Origin: Alphaproteobacteria bacterium
GTDB taxonomy: Bacteria; Pseudomonadota; Alphaproteobacteria; M2410
Reading direction: 5' to 3'
NCBI GenBank assembly: GCA_030614785.1
Contig: JAUWTJ010000001.1
Coordinates: 65,180-129,179 of the forward strand
DNA length: 64,000 nt
Made by a program: the position numbers and the translations under genes. The notes below the pieces were generated by a model. The model ran no database searches. It was given only the letters and a program-made list of their open reading frames with translations, and was not told the origin of the DNA. Of this stretch, positions 39,280 to 49,800 are shown piece after piece. The stretch's first letter is position 1. Each line of letters begins with the position of its first letter.

Positions 39280-39459
39280 GAATTTTCCTTCCGGTTTTGC
39301 AAGGCATCACTCCGCACGGATGCCTCATCTTCAACCTTCAGGAGATCACAAAAAAATTAAATACAAATTAAGTGTCCAAACTTTTTCCCGCCCAATGCCC
39401 AAAGCAGGCAGCCCCGAGGCCGCCAATCTCGTTCTTCCTGGAAGTTAAATAAGTCTTTA

Positions 39460-39885
39460 CTATTGCTGCGGCATCGCAGGGATGCCTTCGGCGAGCTCGA
39501 CCCAGTTCTGTTTACTGTCACACCAGACATGAAACTGCGGTGCAAAGTCGCTCGTGTCGTCAAGAGTTCCCGTTTTTAGAAAGGCCATTCCAGGCTGGCC
39601 CGGTGTTTCCGAATAAAGCGGCGACCCGCAGGTCCCGCAGAAATAGCGTTTTACCGTTCCGCCGCTCGTCGTCGCGCTGTCCTCATAGAGCTTCGGTTCT
39701 CCACTGGTAAACTTGAGATCGGACCCTGGCACCGCTGACAGGGTCGAAAAGGCCGATCCGGCCTGTCTTTGACAATTCTTGCAATGGCAGATCCCCGACA
39801 TTACCGGGTCGCTTGCCAGTTCATATTTCACCGCACCGCAAAGGCATTGTCCTGTTTTCCCCGTCATCGTCATCTCCCTGATCAA
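39460..39885 (-). CDS. GFA-family (CENP-V/glutathione-dependent formaldehyde-activating-like) zinc-binding protein.
   Basis: Cys ligand pattern CLCGAV...CHCKNC...CGTCGSPL. Confidence 0.75.
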   Translation of the reverse strand: MIREMTMTGKTGQCLCGAVKYELASDPVMSGICHCKNCQRQAGSAFSTLSAVPGSDLKFTSGEPKLYEDSATTSGGTVKRYFCGTCGSPLYSETPGQPGMAFLKTGTLDDTSDFAPQFHVWCDSKQNWVELAEGIPAMPQQ

Positions 39886-40077
39886 AATGTATGAAAGTTT
39901 CTGTGGTCGCTATCCCGAACGTCCTCGCGCGGCCTCAGCAATCATCAGCCAGAACCGGGACAGTGTAAAGCCGTCACATCGCGAGGGTTTCCAGCCCCTG
40001 GCGCCTTGTGAAGCCCCTCATATGGTTCTACACTCAAACGAAACGCATGAAATACAAAGACCACGGGAGACATTACC

Positions 40078-41343
40078 ATGAGTGACGTGACAACACGGGA
40101 CGAAGCCGCGCGGGAAAAAGCCTTTTCCATGCCGCTTGAAGAGATTGACGTCGCACAGCCACAATTGTTCAAGGACAATGTCATGTGGCCCTACTTTGAA
40201 CGCCTGCGCCGCGATGCCCCGGTCCACTACTGCAAGGATAGCCAGTTCGGTGCCTATTGGTCGGTGACCAAATACAAGGACATCATGGCGGTCGATACCA
40301 ATCACGCCGTCTTTTCGTCTGAATCCGGTCTCGGCGGGATCACCGTTATGAACGACCCGGACCCCGAAGATGATTTTAAACTGCCCATGTTCATTGCCAT
40401 GGACCCTCCCAAACACGACGCCCAGCGCAAGGTCGTCAGTCCGATTGTCTCGCCGGAAAATCTGGCCTCAATGGAAGACTTGATCCGTGGCCGCGTTGGA
40501 GAGATTTTCGACAATCTGCCGGAGAATGAACCCTTCGACTGGGTTGATCGGGTGTCGATTGAACTCACCACACAAATGCTTGCGACCCTTTTTGATTTTC
40601 CGTGGGAAGAGCGCCGCAAGCTGACCTACTGGTCCGACATTGCAACAGCGGACGAAAATTCCGGTCTTATCGACTCAGAAGATCACCGCCGTGAAATCCT
40701 TATCGAATGCCTCACCTATTTCACCGAATTGTGGAACCAGCGGATCAATGCCGAGCCGGCCGGTGACCTTATCTCCATGTTGTGTCACGGCGAGTCGACC
40801 AAAAACATGGAACCCTTTGAGTATCTCGGCAATGTCGTCCTGCTCATCGTTGGCGGTAATGACACGACCCGCAACTCGATTACCGGCGGCTTGCTGGCGC
40901 TCAACCAAAATCCGGACCAGTTTAAAAAGCTGCGCGAAAACCCTGATCTTGTGTCCAGTCTTGTGCCCGAAATCATTCGCTGGCAAACCCCTTTGGCGCA
41001 TATGCGCCGCACCGCCCTTGAGGACGTTGAACTGGGTGGCAAAACCATCAAAAAAGGTGACAAGGTAGTCATGTGGTATGTCTCGGGAAACCGCGATGAA
41101 GAAGCGATTGAAGATGCTGACAAGTTCATCATCGATCGCAAACGACCCAGACAGCACCTGTCATTTGGCTACGGCATCCATCGCTGCGTCGGCAATCGCC
41201 TGGCTGAAATGCAGCTGCGGATCGTCTGGGAAGAAATTCTCAAACGCTTCGAAACCGTCGAGGTTCTGGAAGAACCAACCCGTGTCCTGTCATCCTTCGT
41301 AAAAGGCTATGAGCGAATGATGGTGAAAGTGACGCGCAAATAG
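40078..41343 (+). CDS. Cytochrome P450, CYP153-like.
   Basis: Heme-binding loop FGYGIHRCVGNRLA, EIIRW (ExxR), CYP153-like LPMFIAMDPPKHDAQRK. Confidence 0.85.
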   Translation: MSDVTTRDEAAREKAFSMPLEEIDVAQPQLFKDNVMWPYFERLRRDAPVHYCKDSQFGAYWSVTKYKDIMAVDTNHAVFSSESGLGGITVMNDPDPEDDFKLPMFIAMDPPKHDAQRKVVSPIVSPENLASMEDLIRGRVGEIFDNLPENEPFDWVDRVSIELTTQMLATLFDFPWEERRKLTYWSDIATADENSGLIDSEDHRREILIECLTYFTELWNQRINAEPAGDLISMLCHGESTKNMEPFEYLGNVVLLIVGGNDTTRNSITGGLLALNQNPDQFKKLRENPDLVSSLVPEIIRWQTPLAHMRRTALEDVELGGKTIKKGDKVVMWYVSGNRDEEAIEDADKFIIDRKRPRQHLSFGYGIHRCVGNRLAEMQLRIVWEEILKRFETVEVLEEPTRVLSSFVKGYERMMVKVTRK

Positions 41344-41367
41344 GTCGATCATCTGGAGCCGAACCTT

Positions 41368-43308
41368 ATGACAACACGGCAAATTGCACCCTTTGGCTCG
41401 TGGGCGTCGCCCATTGACGCCGAAAAGGTCTCCGCTGCGGGAACCAGCATCAGCACGTTAACCGCTGACGGCGAATGTCTCTACTGGCTCGAGGCGCGAC
41501 CTCTGGAAGGTGGCCGCAGTGTGATTGTCGAGCGCTCACCGGGCGGCGAGACCCGGGATGTCACTCCCGAAGGCTTCAATGCGCGAACCCGTGTTCATGA
41601 ATATGGCGGCGGGTCTTATCTGGTCAGCGGCGGAACTGCATATTTCTCCAACTTTTCGGACCAGTGCCTCTACGCCCACAAGATCGGCTCAGCACCCCGG
41701 CCCTTGACCCCGAACAACGTCGACTTGCGGTTCGCAGATCCGGTCATCGACAAAAGCAGAAACCGGATCATCTGTGTCCGCGAAGATCATCGCGGATCCG
41801 GCGAGCCGGTCAACACGCTGGTGGCGATTGATCTGGCGACAGGCGGCGAAGGCAGCATCCTCTTTGAGGGAACCGATTTTATTTCCTCGCCGCGCCTCAG
41901 CCCGGACGGCAACAGCCTCGCCTTTGTGACCTGGGATCACCCCAACATGCCCTGGGACGTAACCAGCCTTCACGTTGCGGCATTGACGCAGGTCGGCGGC
42001 ATTGCCGACATCACCGAGCTTTCCCAACCTGTCCCCGGCGCCGTCAGCCAGCCTAAATGGGCACCTGACGGAAAGCTTTATTTCGTTGCCGACTGGTCAA
42101 ACTGGTGGAACCTTTACCGGTATGAAGAAGGTCAAGGCATCCAGGTTCACACCCATGCAGCAGAGTTTGCCGCGCCAGCCTGGGTCTTTGGTCTTTCAAA
42201 CTACACCTTCAGATCGCCTGATGAAGCCATCGTAAGCTATGCAAAAAATGGCCTGTGGCACCTTGGGGCGCTTGTCCTGGCCTCCGGTGAACTGACTGAA
42301 ATCGGCGCACCCCACGCCACCCTTGGCAGCTTCGTGCACGCAAGCGACAGGGTCTGCTTTCTCGCCGACGAGGTCGACACCTCCACCCGCATCCTCGGCC
42401 TCCGCGAAGACAATTCCATCGACACAATCCGGGAGCCCGCATCCACCGGCCTGGTAACGGGGACAATTTCCCGCCCCGAACCGGTCTCCTTTCCCACCGC
42501 TGATGATGAAACCGCCTACGGCTTTTTCTACCCGCCTGCAAATGAAGCCTTTCAAGGGCCGGACGGTGCCCTGCCGCCGCTCCTCGTCAAGGTCCACGGT
42601 GGGCCAACATCGGCAACCTCATCGGCCTTTGGTTTCAAGACCCAGTACTGGACCTCGCGCGGCTTTGCCATTCTTGATCTCAATTACCGCGGCTCCACTG
42701 GTTTCGGTCGCGCCTTCCGGCAAAAGCTTTACAGATCCTGGGGCATAGTCGATGTCGAAGACGCCAATGCAGGCGCGGCATATCTTGCAAGCAGGGCCCG
42801 TGTCGACGGATCCAAACTGGCAATCAGCGGCGGCAGCGCCGGCGGGCTGACAGTGCTTAACAGCCTCGCCCATCACGACACGTTTTCTGCCGCTGGCAGC
42901 TTCTTTGGCGTCGCCGATCTGGCTGCCCTCGCGCAGGACACCCATAAATTCGAATCTCGCTATTGCGATCTTCTCATTGGTCGCTATCCCGAAGACATCG
43001 AAATCTACCGAGAGCGCTCTCCAATCAATTCCATCGACAAGATCAAGAAGCCGCTTCTCATCCTGCAAGGCCTTGAAGACCGGGTCGTTCCACCGAGCCA
43101 GTCAGAGGCCGTATTCGAAGCTCTCAAGAAAAACGGTATTCCCGTCACCTATATCCCCTTTGAAGGGGAGCAGCACGGGTTCAGGCGCGCCGACACAATT
43201 GAACGCGCTTTGTCCGCCGAGCTTGCCTTTTATGGCCGCGTCTTCGGTTATGAACCAGCCGACCGGATTGAAGCGATTGAGATCATCAATGCGGACCAGC
43301 TGGATTGA
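41368..43308 (+). CDS. S9-family serine peptidase (prolyl oligopeptidase / dipeptidyl aminopeptidase-like).
   Basis: N-terminal beta-propeller-like region; catalytic GGSAGG nucleophile elbow, C-terminal D and H (QHGF). Confidence 0.85.
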   Translation: MTTRQIAPFGSWASPIDAEKVSAAGTSISTLTADGECLYWLEARPLEGGRSVIVERSPGGETRDVTPEGFNARTRVHEYGGGSYLVSGGTAYFSNFSDQCLYAHKIGSAPRPLTPNNVDLRFADPVIDKSRNRIICVREDHRGSGEPVNTLVAIDLATGGEGSILFEGTDFISSPRLSPDGNSLAFVTWDHPNMPWDVTSLHVAALTQVGGIADITELSQPVPGAVSQPKWAPDGKLYFVADWSNWWNLYRYEEGQGIQVHTHAAEFAAPAWVFGLSNYTFRSPDEAIVSYAKNGLWHLGALVLASGELTEIGAPHATLGSFVHASDRVCFLADEVDTSTRILGLREDNSIDTIREPASTGLVTGTISRPEPVSFPTADDETAYGFFYPPANEAFQGPDGALPPLLVKVHGGPTSATSSAFGFKTQYWTSRGFAILDLNYRGSTGFGRAFRQKLYRSWGIVDVEDANAGAAYLASRARVDGSKLAISGGSAGGLTVLNSLAHHDTFSAAGSFFGVADLAALAQDTHKFESRYCDLLIGRYPEDIEIYRERSPINSIDKIKKPLLILQGLEDRVVPPSQSEAVFEALKKNGIPVTYIPFEGEQHGFRRADTIERALSAELAFYGRVFGYEPADRIEAIEIINADQLD

Positions 43309-43518
43309 ACGACCGGCATCCTCCTGACACCGCACAATCCCGCGGCCTGACAAGAGGCGCAATAGTTACCCTCCTGCACACGCAATCTAGAATTATTCTG
43401 GTCTGGATAGAGCGCGCTGACCCTTCATGCTGCGACGCTTGCAAATTCTCTGTGAGTCAGACTTAATTGACGATCACGTGAGCTTTGGTCAGAAGACGGA
43501 CAATGGGGAGAATATATC

Positions 43519-45024
43519 ATGGATCGCAGAGACTTTTTGATGGGCACCGCCGCAGTCGCCGCACTGAGCGGGTTGACCGCCTGCGGACCGGCGCCGCAGG
43601 GCACAGTCAAATCATCAAGCATCGCCGGACTGGACGGTCTGGGTGTTGCCGAGAAGATCAGGCTTGGTGACATCAGTGCGAGGGAGGCGGCCGAAGCCTC
43701 GATTGCAACCATTGAAAAACTGAACGGCAGCATCAATGCGGTTGTCACACCGATATTCGAGCAGGCCATTGCAAAGGCCGATGCCGGGCTTGGTGAGGGT
43801 CCTTTTGCCGGGGTTCCCATCCTCCTGAAAGACCTTCTCGACTACAAGGGCGTGCGCATGACGCAGGGCTCCAGGCTGATGATGCAGAACGTATCCGACT
43901 GGACACCGCCATTTGTCGAAGCGCTCGAGGCGGCCGGGGTCAATATTCTTGGCAAGGCCAACACACCGGAGTTCGGCCTGCTTGCAACAACAGAATCCCT
44001 CGCCCTGGGCGCCTGCCACAACCCCTGGAATCTTGAACACTCGACAGGCGGCTCGAGCGGCGGTTCCGCTGCAGCCGTTGCGTCAGGCATGGTTCCCTTT
44101 GCCCAGGCGAGCGATGGCGGCGGCTCGATCCGCATTCCCGCATCGTGTTGCGGCCTCTTCGGCTTAAAACCAAGCCGGGGAAAAATGAAACAAACCTCCC
44201 TGGAGCCGATGCCCGGCGATATCGGCGTGCGAAATGTCGTCAGCCGGTCCGTTCGCGACAGCGCCATGTCCCTTTCCATTACCGAGGAAAACGAACCGGG
44301 CGCCCTGCTCGCGCCAACCGGACTTGTTGCAGGACCGTCGTCGAAGCGCCTCAAGATCGCCTTCAACACAAAGAACTACTTCGGTGATGAGCCTGACGCA
44401 GACGTCAAGGCCGCAATCGAGGAAACAGCAATACTCTGTGCCCACATGGGCCATGAAATTATCGACGTAACAACGCCTGTCAGCGGAGAAGAGTTCATTG
44501 ATCGGTTTTTGACAATCTGGGCTTCAGGCCCGGCCCAGCTAAAGGCCATGGTCGAGCAGCAAACCGGAAAATCCGGGGAAGAAGCAGGACTTCTCGAACC
44601 GTGGACCCTGGGACTTGCTGATTTCTTTAACGCCAAACCAGCCGATGCCCTTGCCACAGCAGTCGCCTATTTCGGTGAAGTCACAAATCAAATGACAGCC
44701 TGGTTCGCAGATTACGACGTCTGGCTATCGCCTGTTCTGAACAGCGCACCGCCGAAACTGGGAGAACAGAGTCCCGAGGTCCCGTTTGAGACACTTTACG
44801 AGCGCACCATCCAGTATGTCTCCTACACGCCGCTTCACAACGTGACCGGAATGCCCGCGATGTCGGTGCCCTTGAACCGGAATGCCGCCGGTCTTCCCAT
44901 CGGCAGTCAATTCGCCGCGCCGCTCAATGGTGAAGGCACATTGCTCGCCCTGGCCTTTGAGCTGGAGGCAGCCAAACCATGGGCTGACAAATGGGCCCCT
45001 CATTCGATCATGGCCAGCGCGTAA
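43519..45024 (+). CDS. Amidase-signature family enzyme with Tat signal/lipobox.
   Basis: MDRRDFLMGTAAVAALSGLTAC; AS motif GGSSGGSAAAVASGMVPFAQASDGGGSIRIPAS. Confidence 0.85.
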   Translation: MDRRDFLMGTAAVAALSGLTACGPAPQGTVKSSSIAGLDGLGVAEKIRLGDISAREAAEASIATIEKLNGSINAVVTPIFEQAIAKADAGLGEGPFAGVPILLKDLLDYKGVRMTQGSRLMMQNVSDWTPPFVEALEAAGVNILGKANTPEFGLLATTESLALGACHNPWNLEHSTGGSSGGSAAAVASGMVPFAQASDGGGSIRIPASCCGLFGLKPSRGKMKQTSLEPMPGDIGVRNVVSRSVRDSAMSLSITEENEPGALLAPTGLVAGPSSKRLKIAFNTKNYFGDEPDADVKAAIEETAILCAHMGHEIIDVTTPVSGEEFIDRFLTIWASGPAQLKAMVEQQTGKSGEEAGLLEPWTLGLADFFNAKPADALATAVAYFGEVTNQMTAWFADYDVWLSPVLNSAPPKLGEQSPEVPFETLYERTIQYVSYTPLHNVTGMPAMSVPLNRNAAGLPIGSQFAAPLNGEGTLLALAFELEAAKPWADKWAPHSIMASA

Positions 45025-45120
45025 AATACAAAGTAAGGAAACCGGGGCGGCAAAAGCCAAGCTTCGCCACCTCGGTTCCCTTAAGTTACTTATACTCTCA
45101 ACGAACGGCTATTCTTTGCC

Positions 45121-45756
45121 CTAGACAATAGACTTGTAGGCCGCAGAACGCAGCACGGTACAAGCCTGATCGGCAGAAATCTTCGCCATCAGATCCTGAT
45201 AAGGCATATTGCGTTCCAGCTTGTCGGCAAACTTGCCAAGTTCAATCACATTGTCAAATTCGCAGGCATAACTGATCTTGCCATTCAGCTCACCAGTCGT
45301 CTGACGCCTGACATGAATCCGTGCACCTTCCTTTTCCTGTAGCTCCCTGATGTCATGAAGCTGAGAAATCAAGGTTGGTAGTTTCACCGGAATTGGGTCC
45401 AGTGTTGTCACGTGGATGGCCCCGGATTTCAACGTCTCGGAATTTTCAAGTCCGGCAACCTCCACAGCATCAAAGGATGCCACTTGCCGAGCGGCGGCAG
45501 TTGCCGTCGCCAGACGTGTAAATTCCTGCCATTCGCGGTCTTCCTCTCGCGTTGTGGTATATTCAGCAAGGGCTGTATAGTTATCAAATTCAAGCACAGC
45601 AGAAAGAAGCGTTGGCGGCGCACCAATATACCCCTGCAAGCGATGAACCTTGGTGCCGAGGCGCTCGGCAATGCCCGTCCCCTTGATAAACAATTCAGTA
45701 AAGGCGGCGGCATGGCCGGGAAGTGCTTCAAATGCGGTACCAAGAATAACTGTCAT
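45121..45756 (-). CDS. Hypothetical protein.
   Basis: 211-aa ORF with coding-like composition; no motif recognised. Confidence 0.45.
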   Translation of the reverse strand: MTVILGTAFEALPGHAAAFTELFIKGTGIAERLGTKVHRLQGYIGAPPTLLSAVLEFDNYTALAEYTTTREEDREWQEFTRLATATAAARQVASFDAVEVAGLENSETLKSGAIHVTTLDPIPVKLPTLISQLHDIRELQEKEGARIHVRRQTTGELNGKISYACEFDNVIELGKFADKLERNMPYQDLMAKISADQACTVLRSAAYKSIV

Positions 45757-46112
45757 GATAGTGACCTCCGATTATGTTCGGATGATCCAATCGATCCGAA
45801 CGATTGAAAACACAGGGTGACCCGGGCTCAAAAAGACCGGTTCTCCTCAATATACTGATGCATCAGAAGGTCGGGACTGTATCAGCCCCTCTGGAATGAG
45901 TCTCGAAAATTCAAACTCTTTTCCGACCAAATTCACATTTTACACATTGTACGGACAATATATTCCACCGCAATGAAGCAGCGTGTTGACCAAGCGCTCG
46001 GGATGATTGAGAATCAAATACGAGGCATCTCTATGACGATGGAAAAAATCAACCGGACGACCACAGTCACTCGGCTCTAATCCACTGCGTTATCAAATTC
46101 TGACAGTTTCGG

Positions 46113-46940
46113 CTATTTGTGCCCAGTCACAAAAAACGCACTGAGCGGCATTTCTGCCGGGTCTTTGCCGAACTCCGCTTCCATGGCATCCCTGACTTTT
46201 TCAACCATTGCATCCGGATCTCCCCCGCGCATCCTGATTTCCTCGCCGATCGGATTGCCGTATATAAACCCCTTTGCAAAGGACTCTTGCGAGGGAATTT
46301 TCTTTTTGATCTGCTTGCGCTCGACCTCCACGGAGGAAAATCCGGCATCGTTCATATCCCGCTTCATCTCTTCGGCGTCGTGATAGTGAAACGGCACCTT
46401 GTAGAACCCGGGCGAATCATCCGGAAATGCCTCCTCCACCACCCTCTGCCCCACTGCAGCAAAGGGATTGAAGGCATGCGAGTCCCAGGCATTGAAGAAA
46501 TAATGCCCGCCCGGCCTCAATATCCGCAGTACCTCGCGGTAGGACTTTACCTTGTCCGGGAAGAACATCACCCCGAACTGACACACCATCACATCCACCG
46601 AATGATCTTCAAACGGGATCTCCATGGCATCAATCGTCTGAAAGGAAACCGCTTCATCTGCTTTGAACTTCTGCCGTGCAACTTCGAGCATTGGCTCGTT
46701 CAGGTCACTGGCGAAAATTTCGCATTCTTGCGACACGCCGTCCCTGAGAAGGCGTGTCACCACTCCGGTGCCAGTCGCAAGCTCAAGCACACTCTTTGGC
46801 TCTCGCTCAATGACCAGCTTCGCCAGATCCTGTGCATAATCGATGAATATCACCGGGACGAGGGCGCTGTCATAGTATTTCGGTACAGAACCTACAAAAT
46901 TGGAATTCACATCACTCATCGCAAAGACCTCCCCTACCAT
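46113..46940 (-). CDS. Class I SAM-dependent methyltransferase.
   Basis: Motif I VLELATGTGVV, post-I DL, motif II VDVMVCQFGVMFF, LRPGGHYFF. Confidence 0.8.
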   Translation of the reverse strand: MVGEVFAMSDVNSNFVGSVPKYYDSALVPVIFIDYAQDLAKLVIEREPKSVLELATGTGVVTRLLRDGVSQECEIFASDLNEPMLEVARQKFKADEAVSFQTIDAMEIPFEDHSVDVMVCQFGVMFFPDKVKSYREVLRILRPGGHYFFNAWDSHAFNPFAAVGQRVVEEAFPDDSPGFYKVPFHYHDAEEMKRDMNDAGFSSVEVERKQIKKKIPSQESFAKGFIYGNPIGEEIRMRGGDPDAMVEKVRDAMEAEFGKDPAEMPLSAFFVTGHK

Positions 46941-47668
46941 TTCTCTTTGAACGGACGCACATCAACCTCAAATGTCCAGACACTTCTGGGCTGTACGTGC
47001 ATGTTCCAGTAAACTTCGGAAATAGCATCAGGGTCAAGCGACCCATCCTCACCCAGATGATCAAGATAGGAAGCAAAGCGTTCGCGAATGCGCGCGCCGT
47101 CGATTGCGCCGTCAACTACAACATGGCCGACATGAACCCCTTTGGGTCCATAGTCCTTGGCCAGAGCCTGCGCCATGTTGCGCAGCGCCGCCTTGGCAGA
47201 GCCGAAATGAGCAAAATTGGGCCGCCTGCGCATCGACGCCGAGGCGCCGGTGAAGAACAGCGATCCACCGTTCTTCTCAAGCTGAGGCAAGGCCGCTTTG
47301 GCCGTCAGAAACCCGGCCAGAACACAGACCCGCCAGAAGTCCTCAAACGTCGCCGCATCGAGTTCCTCAAAGGGGATCGGCATGTTGTTGCCGACATTAA
47401 AGATGGTCGCCTTCAACGTGCCTTCGGACGACGCATGGGAAAAAAGGCTCTGAACGTCAGCCTCCACTGTCGCATCGCACACATAAGAGGATGCCGAACC
47501 ACCCACAGCTTCAATTTCACTGACAATGGTCTGCAGTCGCTCTTCAGTGCGCCCTGAAACAAGGACATGAAGCCCGCCCCCGGATCCTCCTTTGGCGAAC
47601 CGGCGAGCGATAGCTGCACCGAGCCCATTCGATGCGCTCACTCCCACAACAACGGCAATTTCTTTCAC
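46934..47668 (-). CDS. SDR-family short-chain dehydrogenase/reductase (start GTG 47668 with GGGAGG SD; track ORF extends to 47818).
   Basis: Rossmann VVGVSASNGLGAAIARRF, catalytic region SASMRRRPNFAHFGSAKAAL. Confidence 0.7.
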   Translation of the reverse strand: MKEIAVVVGVSASNGLGAAIARRFAKGGSGGGLHVLVSGRTEERLQTIVSEIEAVGGSASSYVCDATVEADVQSLFSHASSEGTLKATIFNVGNNMPIPFEELDAATFEDFWRVCVLAGFLTAKAALPQLEKNGGSLFFTGASASMRRRPNFAHFGSAKAALRNMAQALAKDYGPKGVHVGHVVVDGAIDGARIRERFASYLDHLGEDGSLDPDAISEVYWNMHVQPRSVWTFEVDVRPFKEKW

Positions 47669-47766
47669 AATCAGCCTCCCTCTCCATGAGTTCACTCCAG
47701 TATTGAGGACAGGCCCCCTGAAAACAAGGGCAAGCAAGAAGACTTGCGGGCGCGGTCCAAAACTGA

Positions 47767-48435
47767 TTGTGTCCAGCAAGGATAAACGCCGCAGAGACCA
47801 CCAGGAAACTCTACACATTCCCGATCGCGCCCAACCCGACCAAAGTCCGGCTTTACCTTGCCGAAAAGCAGGCCGCAGGCTGTGCCATCCCGGTGGAGAT
47901 GATCGAAGTGCACCTGGGCAAGGGCGCGCATAAGTCCGAGGCGCATCTTGCCCGCAACCCGTTCGGAACTCTGCCGGTCCTTGAACTGGACGATGGCCGC
48001 TTTATCACTGAGTCGCTGGCGATCATCGAATATCTCGAAGAGCTCAACCCGGAGCCATCCATGATCGGCGGAACGCCGGATGACAAGGCCCTCGTCCGCA
48101 GCCTTGAGCGCACCCTTGATCTGGGGGTCCTCATCTCCCTTGGCCGCGCTGTCCACGCAACAAAGTCCCCCATCGGCCATCCCCCTAATCCGCCTGTTGC
48201 CGAGGCCGAACTGGGCAGAGCCAGAGAGGTACTCACCTGGATCGATGGTCTGCTGGCAGATGGCCGGCCCTTTGTAGCCGGGGACCACCCGACCATCGCC
48301 GACTTTACCCTTGCCGCAGGTTTGCAGTTTGCCCGTTTTGGCGGGCTGGCTCTGCCTGGCACCTTTCCCAATGTTGAACGATGGGACACGGCATACCGCG
48401 CCCGTGACGTCGTTCAAACAATTTTGATCGGTTAA
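47767..48435 (+). CDS. Glutathione S-transferase.
   Basis: Thioredoxin-like N-domain (KLYTFPIAPNPTKVRLYLAEK...FGTLPVLELDDGRFITESLAIIEYL) plus helical C-domain. Confidence 0.8.
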   Translation: MCPARINAAETTRKLYTFPIAPNPTKVRLYLAEKQAAGCAIPVEMIEVHLGKGAHKSEAHLARNPFGTLPVLELDDGRFITESLAIIEYLEELNPEPSMIGGTPDDKALVRSLERTLDLGVLISLGRAVHATKSPIGHPPNPPVAEAELGRAREVLTWIDGLLADGRPFVAGDHPTIADFTLAAGLQFARFGGLALPGTFPNVERWDTAYRARDVVQTILIG

Positions 48436-48447
48436 TCAGGAAACACC

Positions 48448-48666
48448 ATGTCAGACACATCCGCACTTCAGGCCCGCATCGCCGAACTTGAAATAGAGCT
48501 CGCCCATCAGCACGAAACCATTGAGAGTTTGAACCAGACGGTGACAGAACACTGGACCAAAATCGATCATCTGTCGAAAATGCTGGATCAAATCGTCAGT
48601 CACTTGCGCATCCAAAAACCGGGCGCCGACACCGAAGGCGGCGAACCACCGCCGCCGCACTATTGA
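48448..48666 (+). CDS. slyX: SlyX-family protein.
   Basis: 72 aa, RIAELEIELAHQHETIESLNQTV coiled coil typical of SlyX. Confidence 0.75.
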   Translation: MSDTSALQARIAELEIELAHQHETIESLNQTVTEHWTKIDHLSKMLDQIVSHLRIQKPGADTEGGEPPPPHY

Positions 48667-48675
48667 TCCACAATT

Positions 48676-49702
48676 TTATGTGAATTCTTCCAGCGGCTCG
48701 AGCCCGAGCGCCTCGCGGTACGTATTGTGATAGTGATGCAGCGCCGGCTCGTTACGCCCGAAGATCACATAGTCCTGCAGGCCTGCCTGAAGCGCGCGCT
48801 GGGTGGTTTCGCACACTGCATAGTCTTCCGCTTCGATAATGTCGCCAAATCCCTGAGCGCGACCTTCCAGCGTGACATCACCGGATGCCATGGCTTCTGG
48901 CGTAAAATAGAAAGTGACGCGCGATATGGATCGATTGGGGTTTTCCGGATCGGGGTAAACCCGCACCAGGGTGACGCCTTCTTTTCCGACGTTCACCTGA
49001 ATATTCGGAAACAGATAGTAAACCGGAAAAGCTCCATCAGAAATGTGCCAGTCTTCCTCCGGTCTGTCCCGCAATTCATCGATAGTCTTGACGCAAAGGA
49101 TCATCCGATGATTGCGATCAAACCGGTCATAACATTGAACATCGCCATGATGCAAACTCCGGCGCAAGACCACCGAGCAGGGCATCTGCATCAATAACGC
49201 CGCCCGGCTTTGGATGAACAAAGAGGAAACCGTATTTCTCGACCGCTGGCAGTTCGATAAGACCGTGACAGCTTTTGTCGATCTCACCGAAGTGCTCCGG
49301 TTCAGGGATCGCAACAAGATCGCCGGACGTCGAATAGGTCCAGGCATGAAACGGACATGAAAATATCTTCTTCCTGCCCTTGCGCGCAGGTTCCACCATA
49401 GCACCGCGATGGCGGCAGGAATTGAGAAAGGCTTTGAAATTACCCTCCTCATCACGCGTCGCCACAACGGAAACGCCAAAGTCATCGACGGTAACGAAAC
49501 TGTTGGGCTCCGGCAGATCACCGGACAGGCCAATCACTTGCGGATAATCGCGGAAGAAGGTTTCCCACTCCTTCGACGCCATATCAGGGCAGGTGTAGGT
49601 GCTCGCCGGGTTCTTCAGCATGATCCCGGCATCTACATTGACACCGTCATCGAGCTTCTGCCTCAACTCCTTGAGCAACCTGACCTGTTCGCCATGTTCC
49701 AT
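48676..49702 (-). pseudogene. Rieske non-heme iron oxygenase alpha subunit, split by an apparent frameshift near 49130-49160 (track ORFs 49127..49702 Rieske domain and 48676..49533 catalytic domain).
   Basis: Rieske motif CRHRG...x17...CPFHAW in the upstream ORF; catalytic-domain-like sequence continues in another frame right after its stop. Confidence 0.6.
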
Positions 49703-49800
49703 GCAGAGCCTCCCTGATTTTCCTTGTTTCGAAGCATTCTAGCCATCATCATCCTCAAAGAACAAGGCCGCCGCGAAGCAAAAAGAGGAAAGAACAGCCC

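Noticed and set aside
46119-47012. 297-aa plus-strand ORF opposite the methyltransferase gene
   Set aside because: Antisense to a gene with clear SAM-MTase motifs; His/Arg-rich nonsense translation.
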